DNA of 64,000 nucleotides, taken from NCBI RefSeq assembly GCF_009914755.1, contig NC_060930.1. The stretch is one strand, 5' to 3'. The notes under the pieces are model-generated. The model was not told where the DNA came from. It worked only from the letters and a program-made list of their open reading frames with translations, and did no database searches. Positions 12,401-26,280 of this stretch are shown one piece after another (within the stretch, counting starts at the first letter, position 1; each line of letters starts with the position of its first letter). A program made the translations under genes and the position numbers. This DNA comes from the human T2T-CHM13v2.0 reference genome, Homo sapiens.

Positions 12401-13813
12401 ATAATGATAAGCTATTAGCATTTTGGTTTTGTTGGAATCCGAGAGCAAGAGTGAGGATAGCATAGCAACTACATCTTTGATTGAGAGTCAGGGGAGTCTA
12501 CTCATCATTTTGAATCATAATGTTAATTTGGAGATTTTTTTTTCCTTTCACAGATTAAATAAGGTCAGTTTTAACTTCATTGGGAGTAAATATAGTATAG
12601 TAATGATTTGAGGGAGGTAAAATGAAATCATTTAGAACCATTTTTAGATTCATGTTAGTTGTATTACCAGTCTTTTTATGATTTAGTTTTACATTTTGCA
12701 AATAAAGATTTAAATGCAGCTATAGCATAAGCTAAGTAATCCTATTAATGTTTAGAGAAATGAAGTGTTGTCCTAGCAAGGTTCAGTCCCTAGATCTGTG
12801 TCAGACTGCTTCTGGCCAGTAGCTATTGGGATATAATTATCCGTGTCTAAGTAACCATCTACCCTGAAAATTACGTGGCACTAAAAGTGAAGCTTGCAAA
12901 GCTGTGGGCTAATCAATGTCAACATATTTTTAAATAAAGTTAATATCATTTTATGAGAATAGTTAAGCTAACACCATTTAAGTCTGTTTTTATTACAAAT
13001 TGAGATTGTTTTGAGTTGCTTTAAGCTTTAATTATAGAGCAGAACTAAATTTGCAGTCCATTTGACTTACTCAGAACTCAAAGCAAATGATTGAGCGTGT
13101 ACCCAGAAGTACTCACACCATAGGCAAAAGACAGAGAACAGATATTTTCACATTTTCTATATTGCATATGTCTTTTGTAAATATAACTCACATTTTTCAA
13201 TAACTGTCTCAGTTTCTAATTACTCTTACATAGCATTTTACTGTATAATACTCCTTTTAACTCCTTATATGTTGCCAAGTAATGAATTTCTGAACCACAT
13301 TGCTCAAGCTCTCCATTGAACTATCCTGTAATGGTAATAATAGTCACCATTTATTATCTCTGAAGTCAACATTATTAAAGCAGGGGTGTATCATTGCTTA
13401 GTTTGCATAACTAAGGGTTGTTAGGGATTTGAGATTGGTTATCTAATTTGCTGAATTTAAACAAAGTGAAACATTTTATAATTTACTGATAAAAGTATGA
13501 TTAAAACACTTAGCCACAAATTCCAAATTTTATTATCTCTTGGGCTATTGGTCTGCACTTGAACACAATAAAAGTTACAGACTGATTTCTTTTTTTAAAG
13601 TGTGTGTTGGCGTTTTATAATCAAGGATGATAGGCCACATTTAGTCATTGCAATGGAAAAAAAATTGTCAGCAAATATCTTTATGAACTCCTTGTAAGAG
13701 ATAAAATCAGCAGCCAAGTCAATCAAACATATCAACATTTCCATTAACTTGTAAACCATTAGTCTCTTGGCAGAAGTTCCCACTACATCAGTGACCAATA
13801 AGCAATTTTCCAT

Positions 13814-13850
13814 ACACACACACACGCATGCTCACACACACACACACACA
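13814..13850. repeat. Interrupted (CA)n microsatellite
   Basis: Read directly from the sequence. Confidence 0.9.
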
Positions 13851-14836
13851 GCCCTACAACTTAAAAATCTGAATACTTGTTGCAGAAGTTGAGTTGTCTG
13901 GGAAGTTGGCAAATGTTGTATAAAGTAAACATAAGTCTCATACAACATAGGTATAAGCTTTTGAGTCGTTTACCCTACACATGACTGTACCTTAGCTGTT
14001 TCTTTCTCCTTCATTTGTAAAAATGCAAAATTTAAAGGCAAGGTTTTGAAGTGATGTTGCTGATGGTGGATTCTAACTTAGAACAATTCATACTTTATCA
14101 AAGGCTGCAATTCTTGCCCTCCTCTGCTACTTAGGAGATTAATAAAAGCTTAAAAGTATTCTTTACATATTATAAATTAAAGGGCTGAAAGTCATGTATT
14201 CATTTTCAAACTTACGAATTTCATTTATGTGGTCCGGATATAGCCATAAGGAATAGTGAGCTAATCTTTTAGTAAGTCAGTTTTAAGGACTGGGAAATAG
14301 TCATGAGAAGCCACGGACAGAAATTAAAGATTTATAAGAATGCCTCAATAAAGTAGATACTTATTAATTAAAACAATTTTTAGGTGACTACTGTTAGCTG
14401 AGGGTGTTAAGTGGGTGTGTGCATGCATGTAAGCATGTGCATATAGTGCGATGTGCTAAGTATGCATACTTGTTTTCTCTATATATGTACATGCAACAAA
14501 CAGTTGTTTAAATTGAAAACATTCTTACAATTAAATTTGGTTTCGCATAATCATTTATGAAGGAAATTGAAAATATTTCATATAAAATCAAGAAATAGAG
14601 TATATTTTGTTACTAACATTTACGTTCCCCATTCTGTGTAATTTGAATCATGTTCATCTTTAGATTAACAGTTGCTAGTACTGTATATTCTGCATTTTTG
14701 TTTAATTTATTAATCATGTGTTATTTCTAAATTTTATTTAATTGAAGTCATTTCAAAAGCATTGAAATCTTAAACCATTCAGTTCCTGAAAGGTTCTTCA
14801 CATGTTTTAATAGGCTTCCATTATGTGTTTTTGCAG

Positions 14837-14949
14837 CAAGCTTAGTAGTGGAGGAGCGAACAAGACAGATGAAAATGAAAGTGCATCGATTTAAGCAGAC
14901 AACAGGGTCTGGTTCTAGTCAAGAACTTGATCGCGAGCAATATTCCAAG
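14837..14949 (+). CDS. RIMS1: RIMS1 internal coding exon, 113 nt, phase 1->0: (A)SLVVEERTRQMKMKVHRFKQTTGSGSSQELDREQYSK
   Basis: Acceptor ttttgcag|CA, donor AAG|gtaaaa. The translation matches RIM1 as I recall it and joins the next exon in frame. Confidence 0.96.
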
Positions 14950-15055
14950 GTAAAATTAGTAGTATCCAACAAATAGTTTCCCTTTTAAAAATGTGTAGTG
15001 TGTGTACCAGGCAGGATTAGAAAGCACCGAATTATATAAGAGAAGTTATCATTTG

Positions 15056-15348
<293 letters not shown>

Positions 15349-18300
15349 TCATTAAATGATAGTCCTGCATCATAATTTCTACCAAAGCCAAAAAAACAAA
15401 AAACTCTTTCCTCTTGATATTTTCGTGTGATATAACTTCATTGAAATATTAACTTGGATTTGATTTTTTTCTAAAAATATGTAAATATTTGATATTAAAA
15501 TCACTTAATGATTGATTAGCATTAGTCAAATTCACATAAATAAGCAAGATATATGAAGCCATTTTGTTGCTTGAACATTATTTAAATATTCCATTTAAGA
15601 TATTAAGGTATATATTTATAGTCTTAAGTACAACTTTGGATTGATATTTGACTATTGATATTTGTGAATGATAAAAATTATGTGATTTGAGATTTCTTAC
15701 AGCTCTGTCTTTAGTAAGAAAAGTAACTGATTTCAAACTTCTAGAAGCTGAAATTTACACAATTTCAAGTGCTAATAAGCATTTAATTTTTATTTCAATA
15801 ATATTTTCTAAGGAAACACCAAGGAGTTTATAAACTGCTAATATCTGATAATTTTAAATAAAATAGCATAGATTTTTGTTCTTCATGAAGTAATTTTAAA
15901 TATATTATCTGGTTTATTTAAAAGCTTTTTTTCTTTATAGAATACTACAAAAGTAGCAGCAGCCATTATAGGTTGACCTTTGTTGTAATTTAATATCAAC
16001 AAACTCTTTGGGAGGTAATAAGCTATTAGAAATCAAAAGTAAATAAAACTACACTAAATTAATATTATTAGCTTGAAATATGGACCTAGAAAAACCTACT
16101 TATTTTTAAGCAGTGTAAGTGGTTCATTATCTTTCCAGATATTCTGTGACTAATAAAAAAATAAAATAAAAAGAGGTGGCTACAAAATACGATTTATCAC
16201 CAAGACTACCATAGAGTCATGTGTGTTTGATACAGTCTGTCACTTTACATGTTAGGTTAGATGCAGAAGGGCTTCCAAATGAGACAGTGTGGAGGGTCAC
16301 TGTGATTCAGTGATGCTCAACTCCCTAAGAGTCTTACCAAAAAAATGGTAAGCAAAATAACCTGATGTCCCGTAGTATTGCCTATTTCAGCTCCATACAG
16401 GTTTATCTTGTCTGCAACTTGTTATTTATGGTATTATCACCTAATCAGCCTACTTATCTGTCTTCATAGATATCATCATCGTTTTTGTTTTCTTACTACA
16501 AATGCAGTGAGAATTAGAAGGCAGGGTAATTTGGGGTTTTGTTTTCCCTCTACAGTTGGATGCAGTTATTTGAAAGTTTCTTTAAACTGGAAATGCTCCT
16601 TTTAAGCTGGAAATTTTTATCAGTTTCTTAGCTTTATTTCAAAAGATGAGGTCAAATAGAACAGCAAGGAGAGGTAGAGCCAGTATAGGAAACAAGAAAG
16701 AGGCGAGTAAAGAATCAGGGTAAAATACTGAAAGCCTTTCTGGATCATCCTGAGCTGGGATTCTGATCATTAATTAGTCGATCCAAAAAATCGACAAAAT
16801 GAAGTACTCAGAAGTCTAAACCACCACTAGTAGTCATAGTAAACCAAAGGTAGGTGTGCAGACTCCAAATTCTCTGACTCATAACTTAAAAACTTGAAAA
16901 TAACTCAAAATCTTCTACTCCAGCTCACTTATTTACCAAATTTATGACAACTGGGGCTCAGAATGAAAGAGGTAATTAATTAAAATTTGTGTTAAAATTA
17001 GTAGAGCCTCTCTGTATAGTGAAGAGGCCTATAACAATGGATTTGGGACTTAGGGTATGACTTTGTTCTACTTACATCATTGAAATGAACACATTACTCT
17101 AGATTGATTCAAAGGTCTCCATGTGGCTTTCAATTTACCTAAAAATTAGATTAGCATATTCTATCTTTCCTCCCTCCTTTGCATAGGCACCCTTTTTCTT
17201 TTCCTCTCTCTCTTTGCATTTGACTATTTTAAAACCTATTACTTTCAGATATAGTACTATGGCTCTTACTGAATAGATACTACTATGTTAAATAAAATTG
17301 TAATAACTAAATATGAGATCAAAGATATGGTAGCTTTAAAAACTTGTAAGAATATAGGATAGGAAATTATATAAAATAAAACAAATGATTAGCCTTTTCT
17401 TATATGTCAAGTAGAAGATAAAATACTCTCCACATCTCTAATATTTATATTATATACTAACACATACAATAGAATTTTTTTGTTTTCAGTAGCCATTTTT
17501 GTTAATTCAAGCCTTTTGCATATACTTGAGAAATTATCTTTTTCATTTTTATTCTACATCAAGTATTTTATAACTATTTTATAAAGATCTATTTTTATGG
17601 CTATAATTAAGAGCCAGTATTGGCACAAATTTTATATTCATTAAATTTTGAACTTTATTCTGTTATTGACTCTTTTTTAGTATCTTAATCCATTTGACAT
17701 TTTGGACGAAGCAATGAACATTAGTTGAAATTTATGCCAAGCCAAAGTTAGTTAACTATTCTCAAATACTTTTAACCAACCACTAGTAGAACTGGACTTT
17801 TTTTCAGGGCAAAACATTGTCAGACAACTGTAATTCCTGAGATGCTTCTTGAAACCTAGTATGTCTTTTAGAAGACTAAATGACCCTAACATCCATCCTG
17901 AGTAAGGAATTAGGACTAACTTTGCTTTTGAAAAAGCACAACAATGCTGTTTAGGTATCCTTGAAATGTGTCACCATTCTATTTTTTTTTTATTGGTGGT
18001 ATACAGAGTGGCATACCTTAATGATGAAGTGAAATTCATAATTAGAGGTGAATTCACATTTAGGTACTCACAATTTAAAGAATGTTTATGTTTGTGTTTA
18101 TGTAACCCAGGAACAGCAACCGAGAGTGATGTGATGGGTTTTGTAGGTAGCTGAAGAGTGTTTATTATTACTTACTTCTAAAAATAGTAGTGTTTAATTA
18201 TTTCTCTCACATCAATGACTTATTTGCCCTCTGTAGGATCGGTAGAAATTCCTTCTGAGGAATTATGTTCCTCAAAATATATTTTATGTATTTCCATTAA

Positions 18301-19266
18301 AATATTAAATTGTTACATTCAAAATTTAACAGATCATGCCTGATGAAATTCAGTGATTAAAATGTTAACATATTAGTTAAAAGTGAATATAAAAGTATTT
18401 CACTTTCTTCAAATAATCAATGTGAATAAAACTGTGATATCATATCAGAATGATAGATTATTCTTTATCTCAATATAAAAAATGTATTATGACATAATTT
18501 TTGAAATCCCTTTTTGTCCACTTTCTGGAATAACAAAGGTCTGTATACAAAAAGGTTGAAGAAAAGATGGCTTAAGTAAAGCCATCTTTTGGCTTATTTC
18601 CAACTAAAAATATTTTTGTTGGAAAAATATTTTCATATACATTCACATACCTTTATGCTTTAGTGTACACTGCTTAATATTGTCAAATATCAAATAAGGG
18701 GAGCATTTGCTCTGGGTATCAGCACAATGCTAACACCCAAAACAGGGATTATTTCATATTCTGTCATGGGCAAGGTATCATCCCAATACATTTGGAGACA
18801 ATAATTACATAGCATCTCTCTTTTAGCACAGTGTTTCAAAAAACCAATAATACAGGAGTTGTGTTTGTAACGCAGCAACAGTGTTAAATTCAGGTTCTAC
18901 TCTTTGAACATAATTGAGTTTTTAGCACATATACTCTGTAAATTGAAAACAGATCTGATTAAAATGAATTGTGTTAGTCAGAATCATGTTATTAAATATA
19001 ACTGAATTTGCTGGTAAACCATATTGTCACATTGCTTTCAGTACATTGTCTTAAATCACATTAATTTTAGATCAAACATGAAATCATATAAATATTAATA
19101 GCTCAGTTTAGATATAATAACATATGAATTTCCTTTGAATTCTAATTTGGCATATGACTTTGAGAGATAAATCACACAATTATGAAAAATCCTTGGGAAA
19201 ACTAATTGTATATATATCCTATATGTTGGGAATTATTTTCATGCCTGATATGAAATTCTTTTATCA

Positions 19267-19581
<315 letters not shown>

Positions 19582-20459
19582 TCAGTCCTAAACTACTCTC
19601 ATGTAAGAAATTATTAAATAAACATGAGACCTTTCTCTAGGGTAATTTTTAAGTGTTATTGTCTAATCTTCTTTTTAGTACCTATAAATCCAGGTTGTAG
19701 CATCAGTTAATTTAGTATGTTTTAGCAAGACAGTTCAAATTCATTAAAATTCCTCTGACATGGAACATCACAAAGGATAGATGACTTTTTCTACAGGTTT
19801 AATAAACATTTGATATTTCATACTTTATTTCTCATAAATCTAAAATTAAATTGCTTGCTAAGAAACAAACACCCATATGTTATTTTGTTTTACAGAAGAA
19901 GTTATAGTATCTTACCTTCCAGTATCTAAGAAAACTACTCACATTTTAGGTATCTTTCAGTTATTTATAGTTATGTAACCTATTTATTACAATTATAACA
20001 TATATAAAAATAATATGTAATATATAAGCTATTCACTGTGTGGTTCATCACAATAAGACAGTGAAGTAGAAATAAGAGTAGCTTAACTGCTTTGACAGCT
20101 TTGCATATTTTAATCTTTTATTTGATGATTCCTAAAATTTTAGGAAATGAATATCAGAGACAAATTTAAAGGCATCTTTGAATAAAAGATATAATGTACA
20201 ATGAAATTTTAATAAGGATCCAGTATTCTACTTTTGATTCTAAGTTAGTAGGTTAAATCTGAAACTGTCTAATGAAGCCATAGTAGAAAGCTAAAGACCA
20301 GTCACTGCCTCTTTGCTCAGTTTATATCAGCCCTTGTTTTTGAAAAGTTATATATTTTTAAGAAATGTTAGAGACACTATAATGTCTTAGAAAGTATTTA
20401 ACTAAATTGACTAGTTTTAGAAAGTATCAAAAACTATATACAGGTGGAAGCAGTCTATA

Positions 20460-20698
20460 CAGGTCAAGTATCCCTTACCCAAAATGCTTGGGACCAGAGG
20501 TGTTTCATATTTTGGATTTTTTCATATTTTGGTATATTTTTTCTATATACATTATATATTTTCCAGTTGAGCATCCTAATCTGAAAATCCAAAATGTTCC
20601 ACTGAGCATTTCTTTTACACATCATGTCAGTGCTCAAAAAGTTTTGGATTTTGGAGCACTTCAGATTTTGAATTTTTTGATTAGGAATGCTCAGCCTA
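20460..20698. mobile_element. Tigger4a/MER46A-like MITE
   Basis: ta-caggtcaagtatcccttacccaaaatgcttgggaccag ... ggaatgctcagcctata; degenerate TIRs with TA flanks. Confidence 0.8.
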
Positions 20699-21084
20699 TA
20701 CTTTGACTAGAGTAGAAGGTGAATAAAATGGACAAGAATGAAAATGAAAACAAAAAAGAGAAGCGTATGTACTAGAAAAAAAATGAATAATACACTTTTG
20801 AGGTTCTAAATATGTACAAATAATTTAATGACTTTTCCAATCAGGCATTTAATGATTGTGTTTAATTTATATTTCAGTCTTCATAAGCCATCTCTTACCA
20901 CTCAAAGGATAATGTTTTTATATTGGAAATCATATGGTAGTATTTGGATTATTTTAGATATTACAGCTACTCTTATGAAGGTACACCTTTATTTGGTGTG
21001 GGCTAAGTAGTCATTCATCTCACCATCTATGTTTTTTCCATTGTCTAATGATGGAGCTCACACTTTCTTGTTTTTAATCTTTAG

Positions 21085-21251
21085 TATAACATACATAAAG
21101 ATCAGTACAGAAGCTGTGATAACGTCTCTGCCAAATCATCAGATAGTGATGTCAGTGATGTTTCCGCCATTTCCCGAACCAGCAGTGCCTCACGCCTCAG
21201 CAGCACAAGCTTTATGTCAGAGCAATCTGAGCGCCCCAGGGGTAGAATCAG
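21085..21251 (+). CDS. RIMS1: RIMS1 internal coding exon, 167 nt, phase 0->2: YNIHKDQYRSCDNVSAKSSDSDVSDVSAISRTSSASRLSSTSFMSEQSERPRGRI(S)
   Basis: Acceptor tttttaatctttag|TAT, donor CAG|gtgagt. Ser-rich RIM-family segment SSDSDVSDVSAISR; phases fit both neighbouring exons. Confidence 0.96.
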
Positions 21252-23268
21252 GTGAGTTGGCAATACTGTTTATATAAACTGGATCTTTATCTGTGATATA
21301 AAAATACAACTAGCTTCCTGAATATTTTTTCTATAATACAGTTTAGGTCACAGTGGGTTAAGTATTTATCGACTACTATGTAGTATTGCCAACAGAATGT
21401 TTAGTATTGACTACTATCAGATACAGCTTATAACCCTAGTCACAATTTTAGAGATCACTCTGAGTCACATTTGTAGTAGTTTCCTCTAATATGATTAAAT
21501 TCCCTTCCTTTAGTCCAACATCAGAAAGTGTATTCTTTAAAGGGACAGACAGTAAATATTTCAGGCTTTGCAGAACAGTCTTTGTGGCAACTACTCAACA
21601 ATGTCATTATAGTGTGACAGCTACATAAATAAATCAACATGGGTGTGTGTGTGTATGTGGGTGTAGTGGATGTGTTAACAAAATAGACATCCCTAGTTAC
21701 GTTATGAGTTGAAAGGCATTTGCGTCAATTTTGTTTAAGTCACCAGTAGTGCTTTTGTATTCTTAAAAGACAAATACCCTGCTGAAAGGGAAAAGACCCC
21801 AGACATCCAAGTGCTATCTAAACTAAAGCAGATTGATTATGGACAAAACATATTTTGTATTAGTTCTTTACTAGTTTTCAGAAGTCAAAGTTTCATATAG
21901 TTATAGTCGTGTAACCTAAAAATTTATTACAATTTAAGGAATTTTGGTGTTGATGAGAGGTCCAATAAATATAAGTGTTAAAAATATGAACAAACACTTT
22001 TCCAATACTCTGAAAGGCTGATGTTAGTGCACATTTTGATGATGTACAATGAATTGAATTTTGAAAATTCTCTCTTGTTTGTTGAAGCAAATTAAAAGTA
22101 ATCATCCTGCTGTTATTTAACAATTTCATACTCTGATAATCTAACATGAGCAATTTCAACTGATAAAGATATTAGTAGAAAATCTTTTATCTTTACTTTT
22201 GGTGTTCTCAGCATCTGACTCTAAAAGAATATAAAGTTCTTTAAAATTTAAGGAAGAATTATAAGAGCTCAAGAATGTAGCCATATTAAGCTAAGATCAA
22301 GGGGTAAGAAGTATTCTTATAGATTCCTTTTTATTGAATTCTTAATAAGATAGAATGTTTTTTAAACTGTTGAATTACCAAAGAATGTAATAAATAGGAT
22401 GTAACCAAGGACTTTTTTTTTACCTTATTCACTGAAAACAATTTGAAGTAATTTTTGTTTGTATTCACTGTAGAGCCAAGTACCTTGAGCCCTATGCTTT
22501 AAAGTAGTACTAGTGAATAGAATTTGTATTACTAACCAATTGCATAGAATAACTTGTGAGTTCATTTTCATTCTCCTAAAATTTCAGAAGTAGGATTCTT
22601 CAAAAATTTATCTTCCTATAAAATTTGGCTATGTGATTTCTTTTAGAAAGAATAGGAAAACAATGACAAGAGACTATGATTTTATACAAGGAGAATGGGG
22701 AAAACTACATGTTAGTAGTGTATTGGAACCAGTGTTACTTTGTGGAGAACATGGCAACTCAACAAATCAGCATGGACTATAACCATATCATGACAAGAAG
22801 CAAAAGATAGAGGATTTTTTTGCTTCATTGCTTCGTATGAATTTTCATATTTAGTGAAGATGGTGAGAAGAGGGGTGGACCTAAAAAGAGTATAAATAAA
22901 CTTCTTAGTGATAAATCTATTTTCTCTAAGCACTTTTTTGTTTTCAGCTTCCTTTCCCTTCTTTGTAGTTTAAAACCCATATAAACTGAGAGTTTATTTT
23001 ATGTAAGTGGATTATGTAAATTTAAGCACTACAGCTAATAGTTAAACAAGTTTCCCCTTAAGCTAACATAAAGAGCTACTTTTCTTGTAATCTCATACTG
23101 TATGTCAGTGATTTGTCATATGCGGTACATATTTGCTCTTAGAATAATTAGGAAGAATAGAGAGAAAAAATAAGATGTGACACGTCTTCTCTTCTGACAT
23201 TCGTAGACTAGTTATCCCTTCATATGCATTCTTCTGTCTACATATTCTCATAGACACACATGCAGCAG

Positions 23269-23304
23269 TACACACACACACACACACAGAGACACACAAA
23301 CACA
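23269..23304. repeat. Interrupted (CA)n microsatellite
   Basis: Read directly from the sequence. Confidence 0.9.
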
Positions 23305-23699
23305 TGGAGTTATTTTGCTTCCCTCGTCAATCCTGTGGTAAAAACCTGAGAGGTGATAGTTTGGAATGATAAAGAATAAAATGACATCAGCATAAAAGCA
23401 TCAAAGTCCTGTGAACAAGCATTGCAGGCTCTTCAGATGTAAATATTCCCTGCCCTTATAGGTAACACTATGAGGAATAATTTTTCTTAATATATTACTG
23501 TTTCTTCTTTATTTTTTAGCAACTAACATCTGCATAATTTCTATAGTTGTTTACTCAGCTAATTAATTATAATGATAGAATATATTTACATATAAGTTGT
23601 AATAATAAGCAGCAAAGTTTTTTGTTCCTATCATGTGTAAGGACTTTATTATCTTCTTTTTAAAACAAACAAAACAAAAAAAAACATTGTAAATTCCTG

Positions 23700-24976
23700 T
23701 TATCTTCCCCACCACCATGACCATGTAGGGTCCAGTCTACTCCCTAACCTTTTTCCCAAAAAAGGTGCTACCTCCTTCCCAGACAGATGAGAGAGGGCAG
23801 GACTTCAGGCTGGATCTACCATTAGGCTCTCCCTCCCCCAGCTTGGAGCACAGGAGGGGAGGTGATACCTGGTGACAGATGGATGGGTGGTGGACAGAGA
23901 AGAGGAGACAAGGAAGGGCTATTCCAGGCTCAGCCCTGCTCCTCCAGCCTTGCCTCTGGGTATAGGGGAAACAGAGGCATGACCAGGATCAGGGTCATGC
24001 CCAGCTGGCCACAACCACGCGTGGGGTAGTCCAATAAATACCGTGGATGCTCAGCAAGGCTGCTACCTGGTGTTTTGAGGCTGCTGTGGTTGCAGACACC
24101 CTCCTGGCCTTGGCTCCCTATCAAGAAGCTGGGGATGGGAGGTGGAGGGAGGAGGAGCCCCTGCCTTAGGAGCCTCACAGGCTGCACCAAGAGAGCAACC
24201 AGCCTGGAGCAGGAGCCACCAGGTCCCAAGCATGGCTGACCCAAATGTCATAGATGCTTTTATTGGGTGGCACCTCCTGGAAGAGGGTGTCTAGATCCCA
24301 GAGCAGCCTGGGGGCCCTCTGGTTTCAGAGGCCACTCCCTAGTAGGCAGGGCCAGTTGACGGTAGACACTGGGGACAGTAGGTGGGTGGTGGTGCCAAGG
24401 GCATTACCACATTGGGAGTGTAGATAGGCAAGTAGGAGGTGGGCAGCTGCCCCCAGGGGGAGGCCCTGTGTCCCCCACTGGACAGCCACCCAAGAACTGA
24501 GGTGTCCTGCAGTAGAGTGGAGAGACCAGGCCCTAGGCTCTGTGGAGAGGGTCGAGGGCCCAGTGGCTCCCTGCTGGGAAGCCTCCCCCTCCATTCTTAT
24601 GGGGCTGGGAAGAGGGCAGAGAGGCCACAGAGGCCTCTCAGAGGAGGGCAGGGGTGGGGTGGGCACCACCTCCTCCCCACTGCTCCCCATGCCTGAAGGA
24701 GCTGGGCTGCTCTGTGGCACCAGTCCCGACCAGGGTGCCCCCTCCCCAGAGTCCCCTAGCAGGGACTTGATGCTGAAGCCCTCACGGGGTGGCAGCAGGG
24801 GACTGGGAGCATCTCGCAGCAAGTAGGGCCGCAGGTCCTTGGTGAAGGCTCCACATGCACCCCAGTTCTGCCAGCACCTGCACAGGGCTGTGTTCTGCCA
24901 CCATAGCGACTCTGCTGGGATCAGGCTTATGTCGACCGCCCAGAAGTTGCCCTTGGCCTGGAGCTTTGCAGGGTCC
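23700..24976 (-). pseudogene. FOXH1: 5'-truncated FOXH1 pseudogene fragment (terminal exon plus part of the 3' UTR)
   Basis: Minus strand reads [22 protein letters not shown]...[10 protein letters not shown]...[11 protein letters not shown]...[22 protein letters not shown]...GWLLSWCSL* (TGA 24175-24177). Shows a +1 frameshift (~24514), W->TAG (24339-24341), a -1 frameshift (~24307) and many CpG-type substitutions. GC-rich island in an AT-rich intron. Left boundary is approximate. Confidence 0.92.
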
Positions 24977-25399
24977 ACAACTATACATTTAGTAAAATTT
25001 GGCATTTGATGTCAGTAGGCATAATAATCAGTAAGCATATACTGAAAGGAATGTTCTTCTATTTATTTGAGGATTTTAAAACAATATAGATTAAATTATT
25101 TTATATTTTAAGTTGTGATAACAAATATAGAAGTTAATATATTCTGGAATGTCAATCTTGATATTACAGTTATGTTTGAAAAGTGTTATAGAAAATAATT
25201 TCAAATGCCCCTTATTTCACAATAGTTCTTCAATTCAGTAAGGCAATACAGGATAAAATTCAAAAGTAATCCTTGGATTTTTGTGATGCATATGAAAATC
25301 TTGAGTTAGAGTTATCTATATATCCAATACATGAAGCTTATTATCTACACTGTTCCGAACTTCAATTGCTTTACTACTCTTTTGCCTATTCGATTTGGT

Positions 25400-26280
25400 A
25401 TTTACTGAAAATGCTCAGTTAAGATCTATGAAGAGGATTTGTCAACTTCTTTATTATTCTGTCCATTTTTTCTTATATGAGATTACTTAATTAGGTTCAA
25501 GTTCAGAATTATTTTGTCTTTCTGGCGATTTAACCTTTTATCATTATGTAATAAATCTCTTTATTCCTTATAATATTATTTTGTTTTAAAGTCAGTTTTT
25601 CTTACATGATAACACAAGCTATTTTCAGTTAGTGTTCAATCTAACTATTCACTGTTCACATCTTTTTGTGTCAACTTTTCTATGACCAATGTGTTATACT
25701 CACATAAACAGCAAATAGCTAGGTTTAATTTTTTTCTGACCACACAATCTCTATCATTTAATTGGCTAGCTTATCAATTTGCATTTATTTTGATTCTTAT
25801 AGACTTGGAATTACTTCTATATTGGTGTATGCTTTTAATTTTTCTTATTCTATTTTTTCTCTTTCCTGATCGGTTTTTAATTGAATTATTTTTCTTTCAT
25901 TTCCCCCCTCCATTACACTGGAAATTATGCAGTTTCTGTGATTTTTACTGACTAGTTTCTCAAGTATATAAATTTTGTTAAGTAGTCAATTTAAAATTAA
26001 TAATTACCTCTACTTTCTCCTAGGAAAAAAAATGACTGTCATATGCTTCGCTGTGCTACTATCCCTCCCCCATTTGCATATTCTTGTACAATGTTTTAAT
26101 TATAGATTGGTTCATTTTCCCCTTATTGCATGTTATTTTTTTAAATGCCTTATATTAAACCATATGTATTCTAGTTTCTTTGCTAACCATTTTTCGTGCA
26201 TCTTAGACCTTCATTCTGGATCATTCTCCTCTCTGAGAAAAGTGCATTAGAAAGCCACCAGTGAGGGTCTGTGAGAGCTT
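25400..26280 (-). mobile_element. Degraded old L1M fragment
   Basis: T-rich + strand with L1ME/MC-like stretches (ccttttatcattatgtaataaatctctttattcc). Boundaries approximate. Confidence 0.5.

Noticed and set aside
16535-16575. Strong acceptor ttttccctctacag
   Set aside because: No matching donor or other support; decoy acceptors are common in long introns.
23685-25000. cattgtaaatt / catttagtaaaattt as a TSD for the FOXH1 fragment
   Set aside because: The match needs several indels in AT-rich sequence and is not convincing.
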